A stretch of DNA of 64,000 bases from Bacteroidales bacterium (GTDB lineage Bacteria; Bacteroidota; Bacteroidia; Bacteroidales; UBA10428). Made by a program: the position numbers and the translations under genes. The stretch lies in contig JAWOHT010000007.1 in NCBI GenBank assembly GCA_046485045.1, positions 1,747-65,746 on the forward strand, given 5' to 3'. Below are positions 1 through 10,883 of the stretch, piece by piece. The notes beneath the pieces are model-generated. The model did not search any database. It was not told the origin of the DNA and saw nothing but the letters and a program-made list of their open reading frames with translations. Position 1 is the first letter of the stretch. The number at the start of each line of letters is the position of its first letter.

Positions 1-2131
1 AATCCGAAATAGACATCTTTAACAATTCGGCTTCGGAATAGCCGGTAATTTTTGTAGCGGCCCTGTTTACTTCTACATATTCGCCCAATTCATTGGCAAT
101 AAAAATACCATCGGGGGCATTTTCAAAGTACGATTCTAATTTGGCTTCGTTTTCTTCGGCTATTTCCTTTGCTTTAATCAGGTCTTGTTCCATCTTCTTC
201 CGGTAAACAATTGCCCTTGTAACAGATAAAATGTGGGGTTGATTGTTAAGATGGATTATTTTGGCCGACATAAGCGCGGGGATAAGCGTGCCGTCTTTTG
301 CCCTGAACAACGATTCAAGGTTTTCTACAATTCCGTCTTTTTGTAATCCATGAACCAGTCTTTCCCTGTCATCGGGGGTTGCCCATATATCTATCTCCGA
401 TGACAGTTTTCCAATCACCTCTTCTTCGGTATAACCTGTTAAACGTGTAAAACCTTCATTAATTTCTACATATTCGCCATTCATTTTATTAATGTTCACC
501 GAATCGGGGCTGGTATGAAATGCTGCTTTATATTTAATTTCATTGGCCTCGGCCTTCTCCTTGGCTGTTATTAAATCATCCTGTATTAATTTCAGGTCTG
601 TAATATCCTTTGTTATAGCAACCACACCCTCAACTTTTTTGTTGCCGTTAATAAAAGGAAAATAGGTTATGTCTACGTAACGTTTCCCAAGCTCCGGATA
701 ATCAACCCACATCTGGTATTTCACTATTTCCCCGCTAAGGCATTTGTCAAAACGGTGCTTTACTTCTTCGAGAAAAACCTTTTCGCCCAGATAATCGGCA
801 ACAGAATGTCCGATGAGTTGTTCCCTTTTTTTATTTGAAAATTTCTCGTATGCGTCATTAACAATAGTATAGCGGTATTCTTTGTCGAGCATAGCAATGC
901 CATCGGGGGTAGATGATATGATTTTTTTGTATTTATGATGAAGCTGGTCAATCATTATCCGGTCAGAGATATCTCTCACAACCCCTTCTGTTCCTATGAC
1001 ATTACCATTACTGTCTTTCAAATACTGTGCATTAATTGAAACCCAAAAAACAGTGCTGTCTTTTCGTTTTGCCTGGCAAACCCAATCGGTTAGTTGTCCG
1101 TTCAGCCGTAAAGTATTAATTATTGCTACCTCTGCTTCTTCATCGCAATGCAAAGAAGAGGCAGGCAACCCCAATAATTCATCTTTGGAACAATACCCAT
1201 ACATCTTTACAGCAGCATGGTTTAAAAAAACAAGGTTTCCATTCGTGTCGGACTGAAAGTAGGCATCCTGTAAATTGTTAAGTATAGACTGCAACCTTTT
1301 TTCCCTTTCCTGTAATTTTTCTTTTGATTGCAACAGGTCGTTGAGCATTTTTTTACGATCACTGATATCGGTCGCTATGCTCAGCATGGCCTGTGAGCCA
1401 TTCCAATCAACAAGTTTCACATAAACCTCAAGGGGTACTATGGTTCCATCTTTTTTAAAATGCTCTACTTCAAATATTCCATCGCCGTTTTCCCTGATTG
1501 CTTTTATCCTTTCCTCTATTAGCGTGGCGCTTTCAGGCACATCAAGTTCATGAAGATTAAGGGTCAGGAATTCGTCTTTTGAATATCCGTGAATTTCAAA
1601 AGTCTTTTGGTTGGCATAAAGAAATTTTCCTGTAAAATCATGTATTGTAATTGAGTTTGGTGCAATATCGAGCATTTCGGCCATCGAAACTGTTTCTTCA
1701 AGTGATTTTTTTTGAAGTGTAATGTCACGGGCTATACCAACACGACGAATGATTTCTCCTTTATCGTTTAATACAGGCAGTGATTTTGCATATATCCAGC
1801 GGACATGTTTATCGGGGCGGATTATACGATACTCATATTCAGAATGCCCGGTTGTGATGAAGTTGCTTGAATTAAGAGTTTCATTCACTTTCTCTCTGTC
1901 ATCGGGATGAATATAGTCGAGAAAAACTTGTGGATTTTGGTAAATCTGGCTACACGGAATTCCCCAAACTTTTTCGAAAGCAGGGTTAACATAAATCATC
2001 TCATGTTCGGTCCTGAGCCAAAACACATCATCAATGTTTTCGGATAATTGCTTAAAAATGTTTTCATTGCTGCTGTCATGAAAGACTGCATTGTTTAGCA
2101 GCTCTTTATCAGGTTTAAGTAATTCATTCAT
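1..2131 (-). CDS. multi-PAS/PAC sensory protein, N-terminal part (3' end of gene lies beyond window start)
   Basis: Absent from the ORF track because it has no stop in the window. Reverse-strand translation from the ATG at 2131-2129 reads MNELLKPDKELLNNAVFHDSSNENIFKQLSENIDDVFWLRTEHEMIYVNPAFEKVWGIP...IRPDKHVRWIYAKSLPVLNDKGEIIRRVGIARDIT. The same frame is still open at the window edge (..TKITGYSEAELLKMSISD). Repeated PAS/PAC-like blocks. Only the two ends were translated by hand. Confidence 0.8.
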   Translation of the reverse strand, partial: MNELLKPDKELLNNAVFHDSSNENIFKQLSENIDDVFWLRTEHEMIYVNPAFEKVWGIPCSQIYQNPQVFLDYIHPDDREKVNETLNSSNFITTGHSEYEYRIIRPDKHVRWIYAKSLPVLNDKGEIIRRVGIARDITLQKKSLEETVSMAEMLDIAPNSITIHDFTGKFLYANQKTFEIHGYSKDEFLTLNLHELDVPESATLIEERIKAIRENGDGIFEVEHFKKDGTIVPLEVYVKLVDWNGSQAMLSIATDISDRKKMLNDLLQSKEKLQEREKRLQSILNNLQDAYFQSDTNGNLVFLNHAAVKMYGYCSKDELLGLPASSLHCDEEAEVAIINTLRLNGQLTDWVCQAKRKDSTVFWVSINAQYLKDSNGNVIGTEGVVRDISDRIMIDQLHHKYKKIISSTPDGIAMLDKEYRYTIVNDAYEKFSNKKREQLIGHSVADYLGEKVFLEEVKHRFDKCLSGEIVKYQMWVDYPELGKRYVDITYFPFINGNKKVEGVVAITKDITDLKLIQDDLITAKEKAEANEIKYKAAFHTSPDSVNINKMNGEYVEINEGFTRLTGYTEEEVIGKLSSEIDIWATPDDRERLVHGLQKDGIVENLESLFRAKDGTLIPALMSAKIIHLNNQPHILSVTRAIVYRKKMEQDLIKAKEIAEENEAKLESYFENAPDGIFIANELGEYVEVNRAATKITGYSEAELLKMSISD

Positions 2132-2445
2132 TTGTCTTTTCTTCGGAACACATATCTATATAAATTTAAGGAAATATTTTAAAATAAATACATTGGCTGA
2201 GAGATTTTGTTGGCGTAAAATAATAATTGCATGAAACGTAGCGGGCAAGCAGGCAGAAGGATTGCAGCGCTTTCACTGTTGTTAAAGTAAAAAATAGGTT
2301 AAAATCAAATCAATCATTAAATTTCTTTTTACATTTGTTTTGGTAATCTGGTTTAATACTCAAGAGTACTTAAGGTATTTTTATAAGGAAGTAATTTTCG
2401 TTATTAATTAATTATTTATCTCACTAATCACAAATACAAAAACTT

Positions 2446-4545
2446 ATGAAAAACTTATTTATCAGTTTAGCGATTTTTTTAATACTCCTTTCAATCAACG
2501 CTTCAGGTTATGATAATCTTACAGTCGGAGATCCCAGGAATTCCTGGTGGACCTATTCCGGATCTATAGAAGCAGCCGAAATACATGTGAGACCTTATGG
2601 TATTTATATGTGTTACGATATGTTTCTAACCTTTTCAGCTCAGAACACATCCTTTGCTTCCACTGATACACTTGAAGTGGTTTTAACATTTAATCTTCCA
2701 CAGAATGCTATTGTTAATGATTCGTGGTTGTGGTTTGGCAGTGACACCCTTCGTGGAATGATACTGGACAAATGGACAGCCACCTCAATATATGAAGGAG
2801 TTGTAAACCGGAGAAGAGACCCTTCAATTCTGCAGAAAATGTATGGAAATCAATATGAACTGCGGATATTTCCGATGGCCGGAAATGAAACCCGCAAAGT
2901 TAAAATTTCATTTATGCTTCCGACACAGTGGGATAAATACAAGGTATCTTCTACCCTGCTGACCAATATTTTAGAAACTTCATTCACCCCGCTGCAAAAG
3001 TTAACACTAATATCATTTACCAATGACACATGGGGAGTTCCAACACTTCATGGTATTCCCGAAACGGATTTCACCTATAGTAATACTCCTGCCCTGGGAG
3101 AACATTATAAAACCGAAGTTGCAAACCAGTATTTTAAAAATAACCTGAGCATCTCGTACAGTACCCCTGCAAAAAATGGCATTTATTTAAGTAAATTCAC
3201 GAATAACGATGAAGGTATCTACCAATTAGCACTTCTGCCTTCTACCTTTATCAATGAATCAGCTGGCAAGAATGTAGCTGTTTTGTTTGATTATGATTTA
3301 TCAAACACCAGTATATCTGCAAACCAGGTAGTTGAGTCTACCCGTGACCTTTTGCTTAAGAATCTCACCTCAAAGGATTCGTTCAACCTTTTCTTTTCAA
3401 ATATTTCGATTGTTCATGGAAACGACTGGCTAAAGGCTGACTCGCTTACAATAACAAATGTCTTTAATAACCTGGTAAATCCCCTCTCAGGCTATAGCAA
3501 TCTGCCATCTCTGATAAGTACTGCAGTAGAATTTATTAAGTCGCATGGTGATAATGGTAAAATAGTCCTGATTTCAAATTCCGATCAATATAGAGAAAGC
3601 CAACTGGCAAATAAATTGCTTAATGATGTTATGGCATTGATGAATAACAACTACCCGTTTCATATTGCAGATTATAATACCTCATATTCAGGATATTATA
3701 TAAATGGTAGGTATTACTATGGCAATGAGTATTTTTTCAGTAACCTTTCAAAATTCACAAATGGCTCTTTGGAGATGGCAAGAAATGGTAAAACTTTTTC
3801 CGAGACTGTTGAAAATTCACTTAATCGTTTAAGCGGATCAATTAAATCATTTGATCTCCATACCAGCTTAAATGGTGGAATTTGTTACGGCCGTTACACA
3901 TTGGGGACCACTTCGGATATAATTTATATTAATAGCCCGGTTCTTCAGGTAGGTAAATTTAAAGGTGAAATGCCTTTTAATATTGATATTTCGGGAGAAT
4001 ATAACTCAGAAATTATTTCGGAAGAAATAACCCTCAATGAAACTGATATACATCAGTCAGATTCACTGTTGGAATCTGTCTGGGCCGGAACTTATATTCT
4101 CCATATGGAAAAACAAAACCAGACAAATGATGTAATCAATGAAATTATACACAAAAGTCTGAGTGAAAGAGTACTTTCGCAGTATACCGCGTTTTTATGT
4201 ATCGAGAAATCATTGATCTGTGAAGATTGTCAAACAGATATTACAGAAACTGAACTACAATCGCAAACCTTATTGAAGGTATATCCAAATCCTTTTAGTA
4301 GTGAAGTAACTGTTAAAATAAACCTTGATGCCGGTGGTTCTGAGAAAATTTTAACGGCCGGTGTATATTCAATTACAGGTCAGCAAGTTTACATTCCAGA
4401 TATTTCAAAAATTATTGCTGGAACAGAAACAGAGTTTCAGTGGAATGGCAAGGATGGAGATGGCAATAATTTGCCTGCAGGAGTGTATATTTTTGTTTTA
4501 AAGACAGATAAAAATATTTATCAGGTAAAACTTCTTAAAATTTAA
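2446..4545 (+). CDS. secreted VIT/vWA-like protein with T9SS C-terminal sorting domain
   Basis: 699-aa ORF with a signal peptide. VIT-like block (YGNQYELRIFPMAGNETRKVKISF) and vWA-like block with a DLSNTS MIDAS-like motif. The last ~85 aa fit the Por/T9SS CTD pattern (VYPNPFSSEVTV...GVYIFVLKTDKNIYQVKLLK). Confidence 0.65.
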   Translation: MKNLFISLAIFLILLSINASGYDNLTVGDPRNSWWTYSGSIEAAEIHVRPYGIYMCYDMFLTFSAQNTSFASTDTLEVVLTFNLPQNAIVNDSWLWFGSDTLRGMILDKWTATSIYEGVVNRRRDPSILQKMYGNQYELRIFPMAGNETRKVKISFMLPTQWDKYKVSSTLLTNILETSFTPLQKLTLISFTNDTWGVPTLHGIPETDFTYSNTPALGEHYKTEVANQYFKNNLSISYSTPAKNGIYLSKFTNNDEGIYQLALLPSTFINESAGKNVAVLFDYDLSNTSISANQVVESTRDLLLKNLTSKDSFNLFFSNISIVHGNDWLKADSLTITNVFNNLVNPLSGYSNLPSLISTAVEFIKSHGDNGKIVLISNSDQYRESQLANKLLNDVMALMNNNYPFHIADYNTSYSGYYINGRYYYGNEYFFSNLSKFTNGSLEMARNGKTFSETVENSLNRLSGSIKSFDLHTSLNGGICYGRYTLGTTSDIIYINSPVLQVGKFKGEMPFNIDISGEYNSEIISEEITLNETDIHQSDSLLESVWAGTYILHMEKQNQTNDVINEIIHKSLSERVLSQYTAFLCIEKSLICEDCQTDITETELQSQTLLKVYPNPFSSEVTVKINLDAGGSEKILTAGVYSITGQQVYIPDISKIIAGTETEFQWNGKDGDGNNLPAGVYIFVLKTDKNIYQVKLLKI

Positions 4546-4719
4546 CATAGATTTATTGAAGTTACAGCCATATGCTTTGTATTATTGTATCTATCTTTTA
4601 TGAGAAGTGAAATACGATTAGTATAATGATGAACAATTTTAGGTTTTTCATAACCTGGCAGGTCAAAATTGCAGTTTGAATGTTTATTGACTCTTTACAA
4701 AACCAGAACAATAACTCTA

Positions 4720-6048
4720 TTATTCAGTTCTTTTTCCGCTGCTAAGGGTGTTGGTCCTGTAAAAAGCTATCAGCTTCTCATGTCTCATGGTGATATCGGA
4801 ATAATAAACAAAAACAGAATAGTCGTTCTCGGTTTCATAATGATTGCTTTCAAAATAGCCAACATCAGCCTTATCTTCTCCCTTCTTCAAAACAGCATAC
4901 ATATAGTTGTAGAATCCCTGTTTTAACAGCAATGTAAGCTCATAAGCGTGCGTGTCGAAATTGTAGGTCATTTGGTTGTGCCCGTCAAAACCCCAGTCGG
5001 TAAGCGCTCCCATTACATATACCTCTTCCTCAACCAGGGGGGCTTCAACAGGCAATGAAAAATGGACATTTACATAATCAGCTTCAATTTCTTTATCCCT
5101 GCCCTCCTGCACATCAACATAGTAGCGCCCGTTGAGGTCGTTGATAAAATAATAGGGACTAAACGCTTTGTCTTCTGACGGCACCAGCCATACATGGTAA
5201 AAGGGCGGTTTATAATCTATTGATGCGACAAATTCAGCCTGATAACGCATGCTTTTAATATCAAAATACCTAAATTCATTGCTCCCCAAAAACACGTTTT
5301 CTGTTTCGTGGCTGTAAATAAGCTCACTGGCATTTATAAATAAAGGTTTAAGGTTTCTAATCATGTTGTCCTGTCTGCCGTTCTGCATCAGCATTACCCT
5401 TATATCTGAATAGGGATCGCTTATACGTAACCCTTCATATGAGATGGTGAAATCTATTTTCTGTCCATCATCGCGTAATTCGATATTCGAAGGCCGTTTT
5501 ACAGATGCTTTAACCTCCACAGCAGGCTCTACCACGTAAAACCTTCGCTCAAGTAACTTGTTTTCCTGCCCGAAATCTTTGAAAACCCTTAAAATGTAGT
5601 TACCGCTGAGTTTCGGGGCCATCTCTTCATTCGGAAAATCGAGCGTGTAATGTATATAATCACAGGTAGTGTTGAAAGAGTACTTATAATCTCTTATCTG
5701 GGCAGTTGAAAACCCTTTTATATACTCATGATCAAGCAAATCTGAAGGTTCCCAGTCTGAATTGCAATGTACGATGGTATATTGGTATGTTTGGGGACTA
5801 TCGCCCAGTTCATCAAAAGACAGCAGCAATGTTTCCTGATTATTCATTTCAATAACAGGATCTGATAACTCCCATCCCTTTTTATAGAATAATACTGACT
5901 TAATATTCTTTTGATAGATAATATTCTGCAAAATTTTATCAGAATTTCCGGTATTTACAAAACCAAATGAATTATTTATTGTTAAAATAATAACAGCAAA
6001 TGCAATAAATCTTTTTGTATGTAGTACATATGTATTTTTAAGTTTCAT
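4720..6048 (-). CDS. DUF5103 / type IX secretion system plug-like protein
   Basis: 442-aa ORF with a signal peptide. By-eye resemblance to the DUF5103 (T9SS plug) family: LSFDELGDSPQTYQYTIVHCNSDWEPSDLL...SGNYILRVF. Assignment is from memory, not searched. Confidence 0.5.
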   Translation of the reverse strand: MKLKNTYVLHTKRFIAFAVIILTINNSFGFVNTGNSDKILQNIIYQKNIKSVLFYKKGWELSDPVIEMNNQETLLLSFDELGDSPQTYQYTIVHCNSDWEPSDLLDHEYIKGFSTAQIRDYKYSFNTTCDYIHYTLDFPNEEMAPKLSGNYILRVFKDFGQENKLLERRFYVVEPAVEVKASVKRPSNIELRDDGQKIDFTISYEGLRISDPYSDIRVMLMQNGRQDNMIRNLKPLFINASELIYSHETENVFLGSNEFRYFDIKSMRYQAEFVASIDYKPPFYHVWLVPSEDKAFSPYYFINDLNGRYYVDVQEGRDKEIEADYVNVHFSLPVEAPLVEEEVYVMGALTDWGFDGHNQMTYNFDTHAYELTLLLKQGFYNYMYAVLKKGEDKADVGYFESNHYETENDYSVFVYYSDITMRHEKLIAFYRTNTLSSGKRTE

Positions 6049-6107
6049 AAAAGTGCAATTAATGGTTAATACTTTAATTATTACGTTTTTGCATTAAGAA
6101 TATTTTA

Positions 6108-6138
6108 ATTGTACAAGTTACAAATTTAACTAATTTTG
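6108..6138 (+). promoter_or_regulatory. candidate Bacteroidota sigma-A promoter for the nqr operon
   Basis: TAatTTTG (-7 box consensus TAnnTTTG) at 6131-6138, 32 nt upstream of the nqrA ATG. An aTTG (-33-like) lies at 6108-6111 with 19-nt spacing. Confidence 0.3.
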
Positions 6139-6169
6139 TCCATCCAAATCAAAAAGGAGTGAACCGCGG

Positions 6170-7525
6170 ATGTCGAATGTAATAAAAATCAAGAGAGGTT
6201 TAAATATTAACCTGAAAGGCAAAGCAGAAAAGATATTTGCAAAAGCCTCTCATTCTGAAACATATGCAGTAAAGCCCACCGATTTTCACGGACTAGTACC
6301 AAAGCTAAATGTAACAACCGGCCAGGAGGTTAAAGCGGGAACGCCTTTGTTTCACGATAAATACAGGCCCGAAATTGTTTTTGTTTCACCAGTGAGCGGC
6401 ATGGTTAAAACCATCAACAGGGGTGAGCGAAGAAGGATACTTGAGGTGGTAGTTGAAAAAACCGGCCTCGAAATTGACTATGAACCGTTCGACAGGGGCA
6501 ACCCGCTTGAGATGAGCCGTGAAGTAGTCGTTGCCAATATTCTTAAAAGCGGACTTTGGCCCACCATACGGCAACGGCCTTATGATATTATTGCCAATCC
6601 TGCCGATGAACCAAAATCAATAGTTGTTTCGGCCTTCGATACAGCTCCCCTGGCACCCGATTACGACCTGATAGTAAAAGAGTCGGGCAGGGAGTTTCAG
6701 ACCGGCATTGATGCCTTGTCTATGCTCACCACAGGAAAAATACACCTTAATATTCATGCAGAATACCCTGCATCGCAGGTTTTTACCAATGCTTTGAATG
6801 TGCAGGTTAATAAATTCACAGGGCCGCATCCTTCGGGCAACGTAGGGGTTCAGATTCATCATATTGACCCGATTAACAAAGGCGATGTTGTATGGTTTTT
6901 ATCACCCCAGGATGTTATTACCATCGGGCGTCTTTTTATTAACGGTGTTTACGATGCTTCATGGATTATTGCCCTTTGCGGGTCGGAAGTATTGAAACCG
7001 CGCTATTTAAAACTGCTTAAAGGGCATTGCATCAGTAATTTATTACAAAATAACCTTACCGAAAACTGTCACAGGTTTATCAGCGGTAATGTGCTTACCG
7101 GCACCAGAATTGCCCAGAACGGTTATCTTGGGTATTACGATTCACAGGTTACCGTGATTCCCGAAGGATACCATTATGAGTTATTGGGATGGGCCATGCC
7201 GGGGTTAAATAAATATAGCGCAGGGCGCACATTTTTCTCCTGGCTCGCCCCCCGAAGGGAATATACCCTCGACACCAATTTCAATGGCGGCCACAGGTCG
7301 CTGGTTATGACCGGACAATACGAGAAAGTACTCCCGATGGATATCTATCCGATGCAACTCATCAAAGCAATAATAATTGAAGACATAGACCTTATGGAGA
7401 AACTGGGTATCTATGAGGTATCTCCCGAAGATTTCGCGCTGTGTGAATTTATTTGCACATCTAAAACAGAAATACAGTCAATTGTGAGGAAAGGATTGGA
7501 TTTGATGATAAAAGAAATGAATTAG
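6170..7525 (+). CDS. nqrA: Na+-translocating NADH:quinone oxidoreductase subunit A
   Basis: 451-aa ORF, first gene of a six-gene block with canonical NQR order and sizes. N-terminus IKIKRGLNINLKGKAEK is typical of NqrA. Confidence 0.9.
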   Translation: MSNVIKIKRGLNINLKGKAEKIFAKASHSETYAVKPTDFHGLVPKLNVTTGQEVKAGTPLFHDKYRPEIVFVSPVSGMVKTINRGERRRILEVVVEKTGLEIDYEPFDRGNPLEMSREVVVANILKSGLWPTIRQRPYDIIANPADEPKSIVVSAFDTAPLAPDYDLIVKESGREFQTGIDALSMLTTGKIHLNIHAEYPASQVFTNALNVQVNKFTGPHPSGNVGVQIHHIDPINKGDVVWFLSPQDVITIGRLFINGVYDASWIIALCGSEVLKPRYLKLLKGHCISNLLQNNLTENCHRFISGNVLTGTRIAQNGYLGYYDSQVTVIPEGYHYELLGWAMPGLNKYSAGRTFFSWLAPRREYTLDTNFNGGHRSLVMTGQYEKVLPMDIYPMQLIKAIIIEDIDLMEKLGIYEVSPEDFALCEFICTSKTEIQSIVRKGLDLMIKEMN

Positions 7526-7550
7526 CCACCGTGTTTAATCTGGATTATGA

Positions 7551-8735
7551 ATGAAAGCCTTACGAAAATATATAGATAAAATTAAACCCAATTTTCAGAA
7601 GGGGGGAAAGTTTGAGAAACTGCATTCAACTTTTGATGCGTTTGAAACCTTTCTTTTTGTCCCGAACAAGGTCACCACAGCCGGGGCGCACATCCGCGAT
7701 GCAGCAGACATGAAAAGAACCATGGCGTTGGTTGTTCTTGCCATGGTGCCTGCTTTGCTTTTTGGGATGTGGAACACAGGATACCAGCATTATGCTGCCC
7801 TGGGTGAAGTAAAAACTTTCTGGCCTGTGGTTTGGTACGGATTTTTACAGGTATTCCCGATTATCGTAGTATCTTATGTTACAGGTCTTGGAATTGAGTT
7901 TGTCTTTGCCCAGATTCGCGGTCACGAAGTAAACGAGGGATTTCTTGTTACAGGAATGCTCATTCCCCTGGTAGTTCCGGTAGATGTGCCTTTATGGATG
8001 GTGGCAGTGTCCACGGCTTTTGCAGTCATTATCGGCAAAGAGGTTTTCGGCGGAACAGGGATGAACATCCTCAATCCGGCCCTTACTGCCCGGGCTTTTC
8101 TGTTTTTTGCCTATCCGGCCGAAATGTCGGGTGACAAGGTGTGGATCGCAGGGTTAAAAAACGGAACAGCGCTGGATGGCTTTTCCGGAGAAACCATCCT
8201 GGGCCAGGCGGCTGCAGGGAAATCGATTTTTACCAATGGCCTGGAAAAAATCTATACCACCGCCGATATGTTCTTTGGTACAGTACCGGGCTCAATCGGC
8301 GAAACTTCAACACTGGCTATACTCATTGGGGCCGCGATTCTGATTTTTACCGGTATCGGAAGCTGGAAAATTATGTCGACGGTATTTGCCGGGGGTTTAT
8401 TCATGGGCTTGATACTTAATCTTTTTGCCGTTAATTCATATATGGAAATTCCGGCATGGGAACACCTTATGCTGGGCGGGTTTGCTTTCGGGGCCGTATT
8501 TATGGCCACCGACCCTGTTACTGCCACCCAGACCGAAAAGGGAAAATACATCTATGGTTTTCTTATCGGAGTGCTGGCAATTCTTGTCAGGGTGCTGAAC
8601 CCCGCTTATCCCGAGGGCATGATGCTTGCCATTTTATTTATGAATGTGTTCGCACCGCTGATTGACCATTATGCTGTTGAAGCAAATATCAAAAAACGAC
8701 TGAAAAGATTGAATGCTAATGTAAAACCGGTTTGA
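7551..8735 (+). CDS. nqrB: Na+-NQR subunit B
   Basis: 394-aa polytopic membrane ORF. FMN-attachment-type motif DGFSGETILG. RnfD-like C-terminal ATDPVTA motif. Confidence 0.9.
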   Translation: MKALRKYIDKIKPNFQKGGKFEKLHSTFDAFETFLFVPNKVTTAGAHIRDAADMKRTMALVVLAMVPALLFGMWNTGYQHYAALGEVKTFWPVVWYGFLQVFPIIVVSYVTGLGIEFVFAQIRGHEVNEGFLVTGMLIPLVVPVDVPLWMVAVSTAFAVIIGKEVFGGTGMNILNPALTARAFLFFAYPAEMSGDKVWIAGLKNGTALDGFSGETILGQAAAGKSIFTNGLEKIYTTADMFFGTVPGSIGETSTLAILIGAAILIFTGIGSWKIMSTVFAGGLFMGLILNLFAVNSYMEIPAWEHLMLGGFAFGAVFMATDPVTATQTEKGKYIYGFLIGVLAILVRVLNPAYPEGMMLAILFMNVFAPLIDHYAVEANIKKRLKRLNANVKPV

Positions 8736-8736
8736 A

Positions 8737-9567
8737 ATGAAACATTTCAGTAATACATATATCTACATATTTTCTGCTGTGATGGTAATTGTTGTGGCTG
8801 TATTGCTTTCTTTCGTCTCGCAGTTGCTGAAACCAATTCAGGAAAAAAACGAGCGTACAGAGCAGATGAGGAATATTCTTGCTGCAGTAAACGTGGAGGC
8901 AACAGCCAGGAATGCCGAACAGCTTTATAATAAATATATCAAAGAGAGTTTTGTTATTAATCCCGATGGAGAAGAGTCAGATCATCTTAATCCGCTGACT
9001 GTTGACCTGAAAAAGCAGGCAACAACCATTGCCTCTGTCAATACACTTAAACTGAAACTGGTTGAACGTAAGATTAGTCCCTTTAAAAAAGCCATTGCCG
9101 GTACTAAAAAAAATAAACTAACAGATTCAGCTTTAGTGAATGATGAAATATCAAAGCTCAGTCAAACATTGCAATTGCCTGTTTATATTTGCACGAAAGA
9201 TGAAAAAAAATACTATGTTTTTGCGCTAAGGGGCAAAGGGTTATGGGGACCAGTATGGGGTTATATTTCGCTTGAAGATGATTTCAACACAGTTTACGGG
9301 GCTTATTTCGACCACAAATCCGAAACTCCCGGACTGGGCGCTGAAATTAAAACCCCGGTGTTTTATAGTCAGTTCAGGAATAAAAAGATTTACAATGAAA
9401 GCAGCACACTGGTTTCTGTCAAGGTGTTGAAGGGCGGAGGTTCAGATACCAATCCACACAGCGTAGACGCCATTTCGGGGGGCACCATTACCAGCAAGGG
9501 TGTTGAAAAGATGCTTGAAGACTGGCTTGACCAGTACAACCTTTTTATTAAAAATCAAAAAGAGTAA
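8737..9567 (+). CDS. nqrC: Na+-NQR subunit C
   Basis: 276 aa with a single N-terminal TM helix. FMN-binding motif AISGGTITSKGV. Position between nqrB and nqrD. Confidence 0.88.
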   Translation: MKHFSNTYIYIFSAVMVIVVAVLLSFVSQLLKPIQEKNERTEQMRNILAAVNVEATARNAEQLYNKYIKESFVINPDGEESDHLNPLTVDLKKQATTIASVNTLKLKLVERKISPFKKAIAGTKKNKLTDSALVNDEISKLSQTLQLPVYICTKDEKKYYVFALRGKGLWGPVWGYISLEDDFNTVYGAYFDHKSETPGLGAEIKTPVFYSQFRNKKIYNESSTLVSVKVLKGGGSDTNPHSVDAISGGTITSKGVEKMLEDWLDQYNLFIKNQKE

Positions 9568-9570
9568 ATT

Positions 9571-10218
9571 ATGAGAGGAAAAGAACCTATGTTTTCTTCG
9601 AAAAATATGAAACTGGTCACCGGGCCGCTTAACAAAAGTAACCCGGTTACGGTGCTGGTGCTTGGAATATGCTCAGCCCTGGCTGTTACTGTAAAGCTTG
9701 AACCATCGGTGGTGATGGCCGTTTCGGTAATGGCTGTTTTGGCAGTATCGAATGTGGTAATTTCTGCCATGCGCAGTTATATTCCTCCACGAATAAGGAT
9801 TATTGTTCAGCTGGTAGTAATTGCCGCAATGGTAATTCTTGTAGACCAGGTTCTTAAAGCATATGCATACGATGTCAGCAAGCAGTTATCGGTATTTGTA
9901 GGTCTCATTATTACAAATTGCATCATCATGGGACGTCTCGAGGCGTTTGCACTTGGAAACAAACCCTGGCCTTCTTTTCTCGATGGCATTGGCAATGCTG
10001 CAGGATACGGTCTCATACTCGTGATTGTGGCTTTTTTTCGTGAACTGCTGGGTTCGGGCACCATCTGGGGATATCCGGTTTTGGAGAAAATTGGGCTTTA
10101 TGAAACAGGTTATGTCAATAACGGCATGATGATACTTCCTCCAATGGCGCTCATAACAGTGGGGATAATCATCTGGATACAACGGGGAAAAAATAAAGAC
10201 CTTATTGAAACCAACTAA
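9571..10218 (+). CDS. nqrD: Na+-NQR subunit D
   Basis: 215-aa polytopic RnfE/NqrD-like protein ([12 protein letters not shown]..., [14 protein letters not shown]). The start could also be the downstream Met (MFSSKN). Confidence 0.88.
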   Translation: MRGKEPMFSSKNMKLVTGPLNKSNPVTVLVLGICSALAVTVKLEPSVVMAVSVMAVLAVSNVVISAMRSYIPPRIRIIVQLVVIAAMVILVDQVLKAYAYDVSKQLSVFVGLIITNCIIMGRLEAFALGNKPWPSFLDGIGNAAGYGLILVIVAFFRELLGSGTIWGYPVLEKIGLYETGYVNNGMMILPPMALITVGIIIWIQRGKNKDLIETN

Positions 10219-10229
10219 CTCATTGTAAT

Positions 10230-10847
10230 ATGGAGAATTTGTTAAATATATTCGTCAAATCGGTTTTCATTGACAACATGATCTTTGCCTATTTTCTGGG
10301 CATGTGTTCTTACCTTGCTGTTTCTAAAACCGTGAAAACATCGGTTGGATTGGGTATTGCCGTGATATTTGTAATCGGCATCACCGTTCCTGTAAACTAT
10401 CTTATTGAAAATTATATATTACAAGACGGGGCATTGACATGGATAAGCCCCAAACTGGCCGATGTTGACCTGAGTTTTTTAAGTTTTATCATGTTTATTG
10501 CTGTAATAGCCTCCATCGTGCAGCTTGTTGAAATGATCATAGAAAAATTCAGTCCGGCTTTATACAATTCCCTTGGCATATTTCTTCCGCTTATTGCTGT
10601 CAATTGTGCCATACTTGGGGCAGCCCTGTTTATGCAGGAGCGCGAATACAGTACTTTAGCAGAAGCTACTTCATTCGGGCTGGGTTCGGGAGTAGGCTGG
10701 TTTCTTGCCATCGTAGGCATTGCAGCCATCAGAGAGAAAATAAGGTATTCTAACGTACCGCCTCCATTAAGGGGTCTTGGTATTACCTTTATTATCACCG
10801 GGCTAATGGGTATTGCCTTTATGAGTTTCATGGGCATAACATTATAA
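10230..10847 (+). CDS. nqrE: Na+-NQR subunit E
   Basis: 205-aa polytopic RnfA/NqrE-like protein ([25 protein letters not shown]). Confidence 0.88.
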   Translation: MENLLNIFVKSVFIDNMIFAYFLGMCSYLAVSKTVKTSVGLGIAVIFVIGITVPVNYLIENYILQDGALTWISPKLADVDLSFLSFIMFIAVIASIVQLVEMIIEKFSPALYNSLGIFLPLIAVNCAILGAALFMQEREYSTLAEATSFGLGSGVGWFLAIVGIAAIREKIRYSNVPPPLRGLGITFIITGLMGIAFMSFMGITL

Positions 10848-10883
10848 CTGTTTGAAAGGATTTATATTAATATTATTTGAAAA

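Noticed and set aside
2229-2278. GC-richer patch (gcatgaaacgtagcgggcaagcaggcagaaggattgcagcgctttcactg) in the AT-rich divergent region, considered as a small RNA or riboswitch
   Set aside because: Only a 4-bp terminal pairing is visible. There is no convincing stem-loop, terminator or known riboswitch core.
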